Assembly: GCA_965232515.1 (NCBI GenBank) | Contig: CBDDPY010000002.1 | Span: 6,208,001 to 6,272,000 of the forward strand | Source: Alphaproteobacteria bacterium | GTDB taxonomy: Bacteria; Pseudomonadota; Alphaproteobacteria; GCA-2731375 | DNA: 64,000 nt | Direction of reading: 5' to 3' | In this document: one piece after another, positions 48,933-58,968 of the stretch | Layout of the letters: each line of letters begins with the position of its first letter | How positions within the stretch are numbered: position 1 is the stretch's first letter | Translations under genes and position numbers: made by a program | Notes under the pieces: generated by a model | What the model was told of the DNA's origin: nothing | Seen by the model: the letters and a program-made list of their open reading frames with translations, nothing else | Databases searched by the model: none

Positions 48933-49048
48933 GGAAGACAATGAAGCATCCATCTGCCGGTTGCGGCAAATCACGTGTGGTTCAACGCCAATCGCCTTGC
49001 GCGCGATCAAAGCCAGCCGATGCGCGAACGCAATAGGATCCCGGAATC

Positions 49049-49840
49049 ATGCCCGACAGCCAAGGTTACGATGCCTATACGCCGGCCGAGATGGCGCGTC
49101 GCGTCGAGACAGTCGGCGTCGCCAAGGCGGATCTGCCGCTGCTGCCGCTGACGACGCTCGCTGTGCTGGCTGGCGCATTTATCGCTTTCGGGGCGCTTTT
49201 CTATACGGTGACCGTCACCGGCTCGACCTTCGGCTACGGCCCGACGCGGCTGCTGGGTGGCATGGCGTTTTCACTCGGTCTGATCCTGGTCGTGGTCGGC
49301 GGCGCCGAACTGTTTACCGGCAATGCGTTGATCGTCATGGCCTGGGCCGACGGTAAGGCGACCCTGGTGGAGCTGCTGCGGAACTGGGGTGTCGCCTATA
49401 TCGGGAACTTCGTCGGCGCGATCGCGACGGCGGTCGCGGTCTGGCAGTCGGGCGTGCTGGCGGCTGCGGGCGGCGAGATCGCCGGCACCGCAATCGCCAT
49501 CGCCGAAGGGAAGGCGGCCTTGCCGTTCGCCGAGGCCTTCGTCAGGGGCGTGCTCTGCAACGTACTGGTCTGTCTCGCCGTCTGGCTGACGTTCGCGGCC
49601 CGCCGGGTCGCCGGCAAGGTATTGGCGATCATCTTCCCGATCACCGCCTTCGTGGCGCTGGGCTTCGAACACTCCATCGCCAACATGTATCTGATGCCGA
49701 TCGGCATGCTGCTTGGCGCCGATGTCGGCCTGACCGACTTTGCCGCGAACCTGTTGCCGGTCACGCTCGGCAACATCGTCGGCGGCGGCGTATTCGTCGG
49801 GCTGGTCTACTACGTGGTCTATGTGCGGCCGGCCAAATAG
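49049..49840 (+). CDS. Formate/nitrite transporter family protein
   Basis: GAELFTGN, GN..G, CNVLVCLAVW, FEHSIANM and GNIVGG motifs. Confidence 0.93.
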   Translation: MPDSQGYDAYTPAEMARRVETVGVAKADLPLLPLTTLAVLAGAFIAFGALFYTVTVTGSTFGYGPTRLLGGMAFSLGLILVVVGGAELFTGNALIVMAWADGKATLVELLRNWGVAYIGNFVGAIATAVAVWQSGVLAAAGGEIAGTAIAIAEGKAALPFAEAFVRGVLCNVLVCLAVWLTFAARRVAGKVLAIIFPITAFVALGFEHSIANMYLMPIGMLLGADVGLTDFAANLLPVTLGNIVGGGVFVGLVYYVVYVRPAK

Positions 49841-49897
49841 CTGCGTTATAGTCGGCGCCTGATTTCGCACGAGAGTCGACAACCGGGAGGGTAAACG

Positions 49898-50713
49898 ATG
49901 TCCGAGACCGACGCCTACGACGTCAGCGCCGAGAACCTGAAGAAATTGGCCGACAAGCTGGTCCAGCTGCTGCGGATCCGCACGCTGCCGATCGGCATGA
50001 AGCTGTTCGAGGACGCCGACGAGATGTTGCAGATCCCGGGTATTCGGACGCCCAACGCGAGCTTCAAGTTCACCACCTGTCAGCTTGTGACGCAGTCGCG
50101 GATGGCCGGTTTCACGCTTGGCGTCGTGCACGACAACGTACGGCCGAACAGCAATTGCGGCGGCATTATCGGCCTGAACGTGCCGGGCGACGACTATCTC
50201 TCGGGTCAGCAGATGGACGGCGTCTGGTTCGCCGACAAGGCGACCGCCAAGCAGCACCAGGACGAAATGGTCCGGGTGACGCCGGGTCGCTACAACGGAC
50301 TCTGCGCCTCGCCGCTGCGCTCGGGCCGTCTCGATCCGCCCGATATCGTCCTGTTCTACGGCACTCCCGCCCAGACCATCCTGTTCGTCAACGGCCTGCA
50401 GTGGAAGCGCTATCGCCGCTACGACATGACCATCACCGGCGAAAGCGCCTGTTCGGATTCCTGGGGCCGGGCCCTGGAGACGGGTGAGACCAGCATCTCG
50501 ATCCCGTGTTATGCCGAGCGGCGCTATGGCGGCGTCGCCGACGACGAGATGCTGCTGGCCATGCCGCCCGACGAGTTCGCCCGCGGCATCGAGGGGCTGG
50601 AGGCGCTGTCGAAGAACGGCCTGCGCTACCCGATCCCACCTTATGGGGCGCAGATGGATCCGGCGTTGGGCATGGCCCGCAGCTATCCCTCGGGCAAGTC
50701 GGCCGCGGAGTAG
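49898..50713 (+). CDS. DUF169-type protein
   Basis: PIGMK...CQ...C...PDIVLFYGTPAQ...SAC...PCYAER...DDEM. Confidence 0.75.
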   Translation: MSETDAYDVSAENLKKLADKLVQLLRIRTLPIGMKLFEDADEMLQIPGIRTPNASFKFTTCQLVTQSRMAGFTLGVVHDNVRPNSNCGGIIGLNVPGDDYLSGQQMDGVWFADKATAKQHQDEMVRVTPGRYNGLCASPLRSGRLDPPDIVLFYGTPAQTILFVNGLQWKRYRRYDMTITGESACSDSWGRALETGETSISIPCYAERRYGGVADDEMLLAMPPDEFARGIEGLEALSKNGLRYPIPPYGAQMDPALGMARSYPSGKSAAE

Positions 50714-51354
50714 CCCGCGACATCAGCGACCGGTTCCGCGAGCACCAGATAGCGTAACGGCCCGTTCGGATCGACGGCGTCGAACGGCCAGCAGGTCACC
50801 AGCAGCAGCCGGTGCCGGTCGCCGTCGAGCCGGATGCGCGCGTCGTTTTCGTTCACAACATCGGTCGCGGTGACCCGGTAGCCGTGTAGGCGGCCCGTGG
50901 CGTCCTGCAGGCGGACGGCGTCGCCGATATGGATATCGCGCAGGGCGCGGAAGTGCGTGTCGCGATGGCCGGCGATAACGGTCGTGCCCGGCGCTCCCGG
51001 TTTGGCACTGCCAGCCATCAGGCCCGGCCCGAAGGCGAGCGCCTCGCCACTGGCGCCGGCGAGGACAATCTGGGTCGCGTCGGCGATTTGCAGGCGGGCG
51101 ACCGGCCAGGTATCGGCCCAGGGCCAGGCTTGCACGGCGGTCGCGCCGTCCAAGGTGCGGAGCCAGGCCCGGTCCAGCAGCACCTGCGCCAGCGCCGCCT
51201 TGGCGTGGATCCAGGTGCCGTTCACGACCAAGCCGAGCCCGAGCACGAGCAGCAGCCCGACGATCCAGGGTGAAGATCGCCGGGCTGCCCCCGTGATACG
51301 CCGCCCGCGTCGGGCGCCGGACGTGTGGCAGCCGGGGGAGGGATGCACCGTCAC
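50683..51354 (-). CDS. Class GN (marine proteobacterial) sortase
   Basis: WIHAKAALAQVLL, PWADTWP, LAFGPG, AGHRDTHF and LVTCWPF...R motifs. GTG start overlaps the stop of the target gene. Confidence 0.9.
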   Translation of the reverse strand: MTVHPSPGCHTSGARRGRRITGAARRSSPWIVGLLLVLGLGLVVNGTWIHAKAALAQVLLDRAWLRTLDGATAVQAWPWADTWPVARLQIADATQIVLAGASGEALAFGPGLMAGSAKPGAPGTTVIAGHRDTHFRALRDIHIGDAVRLQDATGRLHGYRVTATDVVNENDARIRLDGDRHRLLLVTCWPFDAVDPNGPLRYLVLAEPVADVAGYSAADLPEG

Positions 51355-53654
51355 GTCCGAACCCAACGCCGCCGGGCGACGTAGCTCATCAACCAGGCCA
51401 ACATCAGCAGCGCGAGGCCCGTGAGCAGCATGAGGCTGGCCGGCGTCGCGGTCTGCGGGATCGCGGCGAAACGCGCGGACCGGTCCTGCAGGGCGACCGC
51501 GCCGGCATCGGCCGACGGCGCCGCCGCCAGGTTCTGTAACGCCGCAAGTTTGGGCGCGGCCGAGGCGGTCATGGCCTGGCGGAACTGCTCCTGCATGGCC
51601 TTGCGGATCTCGGGGCTGGGCGCCGGACCGCTCTCGCCGAACACCTTGTCGAATTCCCAGCCCTTCGGCAGATTCGTCGGCACCGGCCGGGTGGTGACTT
51701 CCTCGGTGTCCGGCCGGCTCGGCGTCACTTCGACCGCGACCAGGCTGGTGAGGCGGCTGACCAGATGGAAATCCAGCGCCGTTTGCAGGATCGCCACGTC
51801 GGTCTCCGCGCGATCCTCGCCTTCGAGCCAGGCGTCCTCCAGCGCCGCGATGCGGTTGCGGGCCCACAGCTTGGCGATGCCGCTGGCCGCGTTGCCGCCG
51901 TCCAGCGTCACGGTCTGCCGCCAACGGGCGTCGCCGACGCGGCCGTCGAGCACGACGCGTTCTGCGTCCGCGCTGAGCGCGACGGCGAACACCACCGGTT
52001 CGCCGGCATAGAGGTCGGGGATCGGGTCGGGCGCGATCTCGGCCGCCGCGGCGCCGGGGAAGTAGGCCCGGATGTCGGTCAGAACCGGCTTCGAGAGCTT
52101 ATCGAACAGCTCCTGCATGCGGGTCGCGACCTGATCGATCTGACCGATATGGGTGAAGGTGCCGCGGCCGTGCCGGGCCGCGCCGCGCATGAAGTGGCTG
52201 TTCGGCGCCGAGCCGATGCCGACCGTGAACAGCCGGCTGTTGCCGAGCCGCGTGCGGATCGTATCGAACAGCGCTGTTTCGTTGCCGACCGCGCCGTCGG
52301 TCATGAACACAATCTGCCGCAGGCGGCCGGTGTCGCGGCTGCCGGCAAGGGACAGTTCCAGGGCCGGCGCCATGACCGTGCCGCCGTTGCCCTCGAGCGC
52401 GGCGATGTAGGCCCGGGCCGTGCGCAGGCTGCCGGCGTCGACCGGCTGGGCGCTGCCGAACAGCGCCGAGGTCTGCGAATTGAACTGAATGATGTTGAAG
52501 CTGTCGCCGGGCCGCAGTTGGTCGAGCGCGACCTGCAGAGCTGCTTTCGCCTGGCGGATCGACTCGCCGGCCATCGAGCCCGATGTGTCGACCACGAAGA
52601 TCAGCTCGCGGGCGCCGGTCGTTGTCGGCGTTTCGCCCCCGACATCCGGCGGCATCACCATGACCAGCAGATAGCGTTTGCCGTCCACCGTCTCGCTGAA
52701 CAGGCCGGCCGCCGGCGCATCGCCGACCGCGGGCCGCCACGTCAGCTCGAAATCGCTGTCGGCCGGGACCGTGCCGTCCTTGAGGGCGATCAGGCGAACA
52801 TGACCGGTGCCGCCCGCCTCCGACTCCTCAGACACGGTCACGGCGTGATGGTGGCTCTTGACCTCGGCCAGGGGAAAGCCGGCGTCCAGGCGCACGGCCA
52901 GCTTGACGGGATTGATCGGTCCGTCCTCAGGGCGCACGACCGGTGGGGTGATGCGGGCCGCGTCCGGCACCTGGTCGGTGCCGACGGCCCAGCCGGTGCC
53001 GCCGAAGTTCGCCACCTGGACACCGCCGGGAATGAAGCGAGGTCCCACGACCATCGGAAAGCGCAGGCTGAACTGCCCGTCATCGAGAACGATCGTCTCC
53101 TGATATTGGATCTCGACCACGATGGCTTCGTCCGGCCCGATATTGGCGACCGACGCCGTGAAGATGTTCGGCCGCTCCTGCTCGAGCAGCGCGGCCTTCT
53201 TGCCCTCGGCCCGGGCCTGCTCGTAGGTCGCCTTGGCCCTCTGCTTCTCTTCTATCTTGCCCTCGATGAAGCGCTCACCGATGCGCATGCGCAGGCGGTC
53301 GACGGCGGCGCGTTCTGGCAGGGGAAATACGTAAACGCCTTCCAGCCACTGGTCGGTCGGGTTGTGAAAACGCTGCCGAACGGTGGCGCGGGCCACCATG
53401 CCGTTGATGTCGATTTCGACATCGGTTTCGAGCTCCGGCGCGGGCAGATAGAGATCGGCCTCCTCGGTCCGGAACAGCAGCCCGCCCCGCCCGACATCGT
53501 CGAGCTTGACCGGCAGCGCCGCAGGCGCGGCGGTGTTTGCCGGCGCACTTCGGGGGAAGGCCGTCATGAAAAGCGCCGCGAGCGTGACGCTCAGCAGCAG
53601 GGTCAGGCGGGCGGCGAGGCTGGAATGTTGGCGTACGGACGACGGGTTCGGCAT
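51351..53654 (-). CDS. Marine proteobacterial sortase target protein (VIT + vWA)
   Basis: VIT domain (EGVYVFPLP), vWA MIDAS DTSGSM...TDG, and a C-terminal IPQTA followed by a TM helix and RRR. Confidence 0.9.
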   Translation of the reverse strand: MPNPSSVRQHSSLAARLTLLLSVTLAALFMTAFPRSAPANTAAPAALPVKLDDVGRGGLLFRTEEADLYLPAPELETDVEIDINGMVARATVRQRFHNPTDQWLEGVYVFPLPERAAVDRLRMRIGERFIEGKIEEKQRAKATYEQARAEGKKAALLEQERPNIFTASVANIGPDEAIVVEIQYQETIVLDDGQFSLRFPMVVGPRFIPGGVQVANFGGTGWAVGTDQVPDAARITPPVVRPEDGPINPVKLAVRLDAGFPLAEVKSHHHAVTVSEESEAGGTGHVRLIALKDGTVPADSDFELTWRPAVGDAPAAGLFSETVDGKRYLLVMVMPPDVGGETPTTTGARELIFVVDTSGSMAGESIRQAKAALQVALDQLRPGDSFNIIQFNSQTSALFGSAQPVDAGSLRTARAYIAALEGNGGTVMAPALELSLAGSRDTGRLRQIVFMTDGAVGNETALFDTIRTRLGNSRLFTVGIGSAPNSHFMRGAARHGRGTFTHIGQIDQVATRMQELFDKLSKPVLTDIRAYFPGAAAAEIAPDPIPDLYAGEPVVFAVALSADAERVVLDGRVGDARWRQTVTLDGGNAASGIAKLWARNRIAALEDAWLEGEDRAETDVAILQTALDFHLVSRLTSLVAVEVTPSRPDTEEVTTRPVPTNLPKGWEFDKVFGESGPAPSPEIRKAMQEQFRQAMTASAAPKLAALQNLAAAPSADAGAVALQDRSARFAAIPQTATPASLMLLTGLALLMLAWLMSYVARRRWVRT

Positions 53655-53812
53655 GGAAGTCCCCCTTCTTGTGGACGGGGGGATTGCAGCCGGCCCGTGG
53701 GGCGGCCGTTAGACCGAACGATGTCGATTAGAAGATTGTTTGTGGCAAAACAGCGGCACGACGACCGCTACCGCAAGGCGGCAATTTGCCCGTTTGACGG
53801 CTTGAAAGCGGC

Positions 53813-54094
53813 TCAGATGCGGTTCGGCACCTGGTAGCGTTCGATCACGCAACGCAGCACGTCGCCAGGCCAGCGCGGCGCCGGCGCGTCGCAGATGACA
53901 TTCTTGCTGGGCGTATCGAACGGTCCGTAAGCGATCACCTTCTGCGTCCAGTGCGATACGCCGAACGCGTTTCCGGTCGCCATCGCGACAAGGATCCAGG
54001 CCACCAACAGGCCGGACAGCACGAGCTTGAACAGGAAATCATCGGAACCGGTCGCGTCGACGGGCGATTTCGGAAGGTAGCGGGAGTTCAGCAC
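53813..54094 (-). CDS. Small hypothetical membrane protein
   Basis: GTG after AAAGGGG; one TM segment and two Cys in the C-terminal part. Confidence 0.5.
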   Translation of the reverse strand: MLNSRYLPKSPVDATGSDDFLFKLVLSGLLVAWILVAMATGNAFGVSHWTQKVIAYGPFDTPSKNVICDAPAPRWPGDVLRCVIERYQVPNRI

Positions 54095-54221
54095 GATTGG
54101 CCCCCTTTACTCACGACATGCAATAACCGTTCACCATACGTGGGTAATCGCTAGCACGGTTCCAATATGACGGCCTGAGATAATTCGGCGGTCGCTCTGT
54201 GACAAAAATGGGACAGAATCG

Positions 54222-54836
54222 TCAGCCGAACGCCGACTGCGTGATCAAGATATGGTCCGGTTGATCGGCCACGCGGTCGATCCAGGCCCGGATGGCCGGA
54301 TAGGCGGCGAGATCGAAGCCCCCTTCCTCGGCGACATGGGTATAGGCATAGAGCGAGATATCGGCGATCGAATAGCGGCCGCCGACGAAGAAATCGCCCT
54401 TCTCCAGGTGCTTGTCCATGACGCCGAGCGCGTGGTCGCCTTTCGGCTTGAGCTCCGCCATTCGTTCGGCGCGATCCGGTCTGTCGGGCGGGTGCTTGGT
54501 CCAGAAACGCGCCACGCCGAGATAAGGCTCCAGGCTGTACTGCTCGAAGCACATCCACTGCATGACCAGCGCCTGCTCGAACGGATCTTCCGGAAAGTAC
54601 GGCGTGTTCTGCGCAAAGAAGTAGAGGATGGCGTTGGATTCCGACAGCGTCCGGCCGTCGTCGAAGACCAGCACCGGGATCTTGCCGTTGGGATTGATGG
54701 CCAGGAAGTCGGGCGTCCGGGTCTGGCCCTCGTGGACATGGAGCTCGCGGTATTGAAAGGGGATACCGAGCTGCGTCAGCAATAGCCGTATTTTGTAGCC
54801 GTTGCCGGATGCCAGATCGTCGTAAAGGGTCAGCAT
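54222..54836 (-). CDS. Glutathione S-transferase family protein
   Basis: SGNGYK, NPNGKIP, ESNAIL and SIADI motifs. Confidence 0.93.
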   Translation of the reverse strand: MLTLYDDLASGNGYKIRLLLTQLGIPFQYRELHVHEGQTRTPDFLAINPNGKIPVLVFDDGRTLSESNAILYFFAQNTPYFPEDPFEQALVMQWMCFEQYSLEPYLGVARFWTKHPPDRPDRAERMAELKPKGDHALGVMDKHLEKGDFFVGGRYSIADISLYAYTHVAEEGGFDLAAYPAIRAWIDRVADQPDHILITQSAFG

Positions 54837-54964
54837 CGCCGGTTCTCCTGGTGGCGTCTCGACAGGACCGTTGGATAACGTGACCCGCCGACGGCGACAA
54901 ACCGGTTTTGCTTATGCTCGGATAAGAACGGCTCATGAGATGGGGGCGGAATGGAGTGGGAACC

Positions 54965-55909
54965 ATGTCGGAGATGACGCGCAACATTGGTTTTATCGGA
55001 CTGGGCGCCATGGGGGCCGGCATGGCGCGAAACCTGGTGCGCCGTCAATTCGAGGTGCGTGGCTTCGACGTCAGCCCGGCGGCGCTGACGCAGCTCGAAG
55101 CGGACGGCGGCGCCGCGACGACGAGTCCGGCCGAGGCCGCAGCCGGCGCCGACCTGCTGATGCTGGTGGTGGCGACGGCCGCCCAGATCGAAGCAGTGCT
55201 GTTCAGCGAGGATGGCGCGATCGCGCACTTGCCGGCCGGCGCCACCGTATCCGTGCATAGCACTGTGCCGCCCGATTTCGTTCGCGAGCTCGCGGATCGT
55301 CTGGCAGATAGCAGCCATTTCCTGCTCGATGCGCCGATCAGCGGTGGTGCCGCCCGGGCCGGCAGCGGCGAGCTGACGGTCATGGCATCCGGCAGTGCCG
55401 AAGCCTTCGCGGCCGCGGATCCGGCACTCGAGGCGGTTTCGGCGCAGGTCTACCGCTTGGGCACGGCGCCCGGACTGGGCTCGACCGTCAAGATGATCAA
55501 TCAACATCTGGCCGGCGTGCACATCGCCGCCGCGGCCGAAGCGGTTGCGCTGGGCACAAGGGCAGGCGCCGACCCGCGCGTACTGTACGAGATCATCGCC
55601 AACAGCGCCGGTAGCTCCTGGATGTTCGTCAACCGGGTGCCGCATATGCTCGACGACGACTTCACGCCGCTGAGCGCGGTAGACATCTTCGTCAAGGACC
55701 TCGGCATCGTGCTGGACAGCGGCCGTGGCCTGCGCTTTCCGTTGCCGCTGGCGGCCGCCGCCCACCAGCAGTTCCTGGCTGCCGCCGCGGCCGGCCATGG
55801 ACGCCTGGACGATGCGGCCGTCGTGAAGGTCTACGAGCAGCTTGCTGGGATTTCGGTGGCAGGGACAGCGGGCGGCGATGAGCCTGTCAACACGCCCAAA
55901 TCGGACTAA
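54965..55909 (+). CDS. ltnD: L-threonate dehydrogenase
   Basis: GLGAMG, DAPISGG, KMINQHLAGVHI, SWMF.NR and SAVDIFVKDL motifs; upstream of otnK. Confidence 0.85.
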   Translation: MSEMTRNIGFIGLGAMGAGMARNLVRRQFEVRGFDVSPAALTQLEADGGAATTSPAEAAAGADLLMLVVATAAQIEAVLFSEDGAIAHLPAGATVSVHSTVPPDFVRELADRLADSSHFLLDAPISGGAARAGSGELTVMASGSAEAFAAADPALEAVSAQVYRLGTAPGLGSTVKMINQHLAGVHIAAAAEAVALGTRAGADPRVLYEIIANSAGSSWMFVNRVPHMLDDDFTPLSAVDIFVKDLGIVLDSGRGLRFPLPLAAAAHQQFLAAAAAGHGRLDDAAVVKVYEQLAGISVAGTAGGDEPVNTPKSD

Positions 55910-55948
55910 ACTGCGCCACATCCGAATGGGCGTGAACGGGAGCCATTC

Positions 55949-57217
55949 ATGAGTCTGCTGCTCGGCTGCGTGGCCGACGATTTCACCGGCGCCACCGATC
56001 TGGCGAACACGCTGGTGCGCCAGGGCATGCGTACCGTGCAGCTGTTCGATGCGCCAACGGCCGATACGGCCGTTCCCGACGCCGACGCGATCGTCGTGGC
56101 CCTGAAATCCCGAACGATCGCGCCGGAAGAAGCAATTGCCCAATCGCTGGCGGCACTCGACTGGCTGCAGCGCGCGGGCGCGCGGCAATTCTTCTTCAAG
56201 TACTGCTCGACCTTCGATTCGACGCCGGAGGGCAATATCGGCCCGGTCGCCGAAGCTATGCTGGAGGCGCTGGACGCGGATTTCACGATCCATTGTCCGG
56301 CCTTTCCCGAGAACGGCCGGACGATCTGTTACGGCTATCTGTTCGTCGGAGACGTGTTGTTGTCGGAATCGGGCATGCGCGACCATCCGCTGACGCCGAT
56401 GACCGATCCCAGCCTGGTTCGGGTGCTGGCGGCGCAGTCGGAACACGATGTGGGCCTGGTGCCCTACACGATTGTCGAACGGGGGGCGGCTGCCATTCGC
56501 GATGCCTGCGACCGCCTGAAGCAGGCGGGCAAGCGGCACGCCATCGTCGACGCCCTGAGCGATGCCCATCTGTTCGACATCGGCGCCGCGGCGTCCGAGC
56601 TGGCGCTGATCAGCGGCGGTTCCGGCGTCGCCATGGGGTTGCCCGAGAACTTCCGACGCGCCGGTCTGCTGACCGTGGGGCAGGCGGCCGATGCCCTGCC
56701 GCCGGTCGACGGCTTCGCCGCCGTGCTGTCGGGAAGCTGCAGTCAGGCGACGCAGGCCCAGGTGGCCGAGATGCGAGCGACGCGTCCGTCGTTTCGCATC
56801 GATCCGACGCGCCTCGCCGCGGGCGACGATCTGGCCGTCGAGGCGCTGGACTGGGCGAGGCCGCAATTGGCCGATGGGCCGGTGCTGGTCTACGCGACCG
56901 CGCCGCCGGACGAGGTCGCGAAGACGCAAGCCCAGCTCGGGCGCGAGGCGGCTGGCGAGCTGGTCGAAGGCACCATGGCCAAGATCGCCCGCGGCCTGGT
57001 GGACGCCGGCGTGCGACGGCTGGTCGTCGCCGGCGGCGAGACCTCTGGCGCGGTGGTGCAGGGCCTCGGCATTGCCGGCATCCGCATCGGTCCGCAGATC
57101 GATCCCGGCGTGCCCTGGACATTGAGCGTTGGCGACCCGCCGCTGGCCTTGGCCCTGAAATCGGGCAATTTCGGCACCACGGACTTCTTCCTTAAAGCCT
57201 TCGAGCGACTGGCATGA
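55949..57217 (+). CDS. otnK: 3-oxo-tetronate kinase (DUF1537)
   Basis: ADDFTGATD, FKYCSTFDST, GGETSG and KSGNFG motifs. Confidence 0.92.
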   Translation: MSLLLGCVADDFTGATDLANTLVRQGMRTVQLFDAPTADTAVPDADAIVVALKSRTIAPEEAIAQSLAALDWLQRAGARQFFFKYCSTFDSTPEGNIGPVAEAMLEALDADFTIHCPAFPENGRTICYGYLFVGDVLLSESGMRDHPLTPMTDPSLVRVLAAQSEHDVGLVPYTIVERGAAAIRDACDRLKQAGKRHAIVDALSDAHLFDIGAAASELALISGGSGVAMGLPENFRRAGLLTVGQAADALPPVDGFAAVLSGSCSQATQAQVAEMRATRPSFRIDPTRLAAGDDLAVEALDWARPQLADGPVLVYATAPPDEVAKTQAQLGREAAGELVEGTMAKIARGLVDAGVRRLVVAGGETSGAVVQGLGIAGIRIGPQIDPGVPWTLSVGDPPLALALKSGNFGTTDFFLKAFERLA

Positions 57218-57849
57218 CCGAGACCATCTTGCGAGAGCAGATCTGCGCCTTTGGCAAGTCGATGTTCGATCGCGGCCTGACCCACGGCGCCACGGGCAAC
57301 ATCAGCGTGCGGTTGGAGGACGGCTGGCTGATGACGCCGACCGGCTCGCGGCTCGGCGCCCTCGACCCGGCCCGGCTGTCGCGCCTCGACGCCCAGGGCA
57401 ACCATACCGACGGCGACAAGCCGACCAAGGAATCCTTTCTGCACCTGGCGGTCTATGAGGAACGACCGCATGCGCAAGCCGTCGTGCATCTGCATTCGAC
57501 GCACTCCGTGGCGGTTTCCTGTCTCGCCGATATCGACGCCGACGATGTGCTGCCGCCGATCACCGCCTATTACGTCATGCGCGTCGGCCGTTTGCCGTTG
57601 GTGCCGTTCTATCCGCCGGGCGATCCGGCGCTGGCCGACGCGGTGCGAGGGCTCGCCGGCGCGCATCAAGCGGTTCTGCTGGCAAACCACGGCCCGGTCG
57701 TCGCCGGCAGCTCGTTGGCCGCAGCCGTCGACGCGACCGAGGAGCTGGAGGAGACGGCCAAGCTCCACCTGCTGCTGCAGGGACACCGCACCCGGCCGCT
57801 GACCCCTGAACAGGTCGCCGAGTTGCGCCGGGCCTTTCCGCAGGCCTGA
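57214..57849 (+). CDS. otnC: 3-oxo-tetronate 4-phosphate decarboxylase (class II aldolase)
   Basis: GNIS, PTKE, HLH, NHG and ELEETAKL motifs; ATGA overlap with otnK. Confidence 0.88.
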   Translation: MTETILREQICAFGKSMFDRGLTHGATGNISVRLEDGWLMTPTGSRLGALDPARLSRLDAQGNHTDGDKPTKESFLHLAVYEERPHAQAVVHLHSTHSVAVSCLADIDADDVLPPITAYYVMRVGRLPLVPFYPPGDPALADAVRGLAGAHQAVLLANHGPVVAGSSLAAAVDATEELEETAKLHLLLQGHRTRPLTPEQVAELRRAFPQA

Positions 57850-57857
57850 CGAACGCC

Positions 57858-58844
57858 TCAGAGCGCCGCGACGTCGACGATCACGTTGCCCATCGAGCCG
57901 GATTCGACCGTCTGATGCGCGGTCGCGATCTGGTCCAGCGGAAAGTGCGGGCCGATATGGTGCCTGAGGTCGCCGGCGGCCGACCAGCGCGCGATGTCGG
58001 CGATGGCATCGGCCTTCGCCGCCTCAGGCATGTTGAAGACCAGCACGTGGCGGACCGTGATGTTCTTATAGACCAGCTCATAGAACGGCACCGCCGGCTC
58101 GCGCGCCGCGTCTGACGCATAGGCGGCGATGACACCGTTCACCTTCAGGGCGGCGATGCTGGTCTTCAGATTGCCGCCGAACTCGACCTCGACGATCCGG
58201 TCGACCCCGGCGCCGTCTGTCAGGTCCATGATCCGCGCGGTCACGTCCTCGTCGCGATAGTTGATGGTATGCGCGGCGCCAAAGTTCCGCGCCAACTCGG
58301 CCTTCTCGTCGTTGCTCACGGTCGAGATCACGGTGGCGCCCGCCAGCTTTGCGAACTGCACGGCATAGCTGCCGACCGAACCGGCCCCGCCGGTCACCAG
58401 CACGGTCTGGCCGCTGACCCGGCCGTCGGCGAAGACGCTGCGATGCGCGGTCAGTGCCGGGATGCCCATGCAGGCGCCGGCGGCGAAATCCATGTTGGCC
58501 GGCAACGGCACGGCTCGTTCAGCCGGTATCGTCGTGAATTCGGCAGCGCTGCCCCGCGCCTGACCCCAGTTCGCCTCGTAGATCCAGACCCGCTCCCCGA
58601 CCCGGGTCGCGGGCACGCCGTCGCCGACGGCGGTGATTATGCCGGCGCCGTCGAAGTGCGGCACAACCCGCGCCGCCGGCATGTCGCCACGACCGCCGCC
58701 GCGCCGTTTCACGTCGACAGGGTTCACGCCCGACGCGGCAACCCGCACCTGGACTTGGCCGGCCGCCGGTTCCGGCACATCGAGCTGGCCGGTCTTCAGG
58801 ACTTCCGAGGCGGGTCCGAAACCCTCGTACCATGCCGCCTGCAT
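57858..58844 (-). CDS. NADPH:quinone reductase (MDR)
   Basis: GVNPVD, DGAG and GGAGSVG motifs. Confidence 0.9.
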   Translation of the reverse strand: MQAAWYEGFGPASEVLKTGQLDVPEPAAGQVQVRVAASGVNPVDVKRRGGGRGDMPAARVVPHFDGAGIITAVGDGVPATRVGERVWIYEANWGQARGSAAEFTTIPAERAVPLPANMDFAAGACMGIPALTAHRSVFADGRVSGQTVLVTGGAGSVGSYAVQFAKLAGATVISTVSNDEKAELARNFGAAHTINYRDEDVTARIMDLTDGAGVDRIVEVEFGGNLKTSIAALKVNGVIAAYASDAAREPAVPFYELVYKNITVRHVLVFNMPEAAKADAIADIARWSAAGDLRHHIGPHFPLDQIATAHQTVESGSMGNVIVDVAAL

Positions 58845-58906
58845 ATCGTCGTCTCCCTGTCTGCTTGTCGATCGTGACGCTACTGCTTTTTGCGGCGCCC
58901 GTTAAG

Positions 58907-58944
58907 CGACAGGGCCGGACCGCGGTTGCGGTCCGGCCCTGTCG
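58907..58944. repeat. Perfect 17-bp inverted repeat (hairpin) downstream of the small ORF
   Basis: CGACAGGGCCGGACCGC-GGTT-GCGGTCCGGCCCTGTCG. Confidence 0.85.
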
Positions 58945-58968
58945 GCTTCAGGCTCGATGGCGGCGAGC

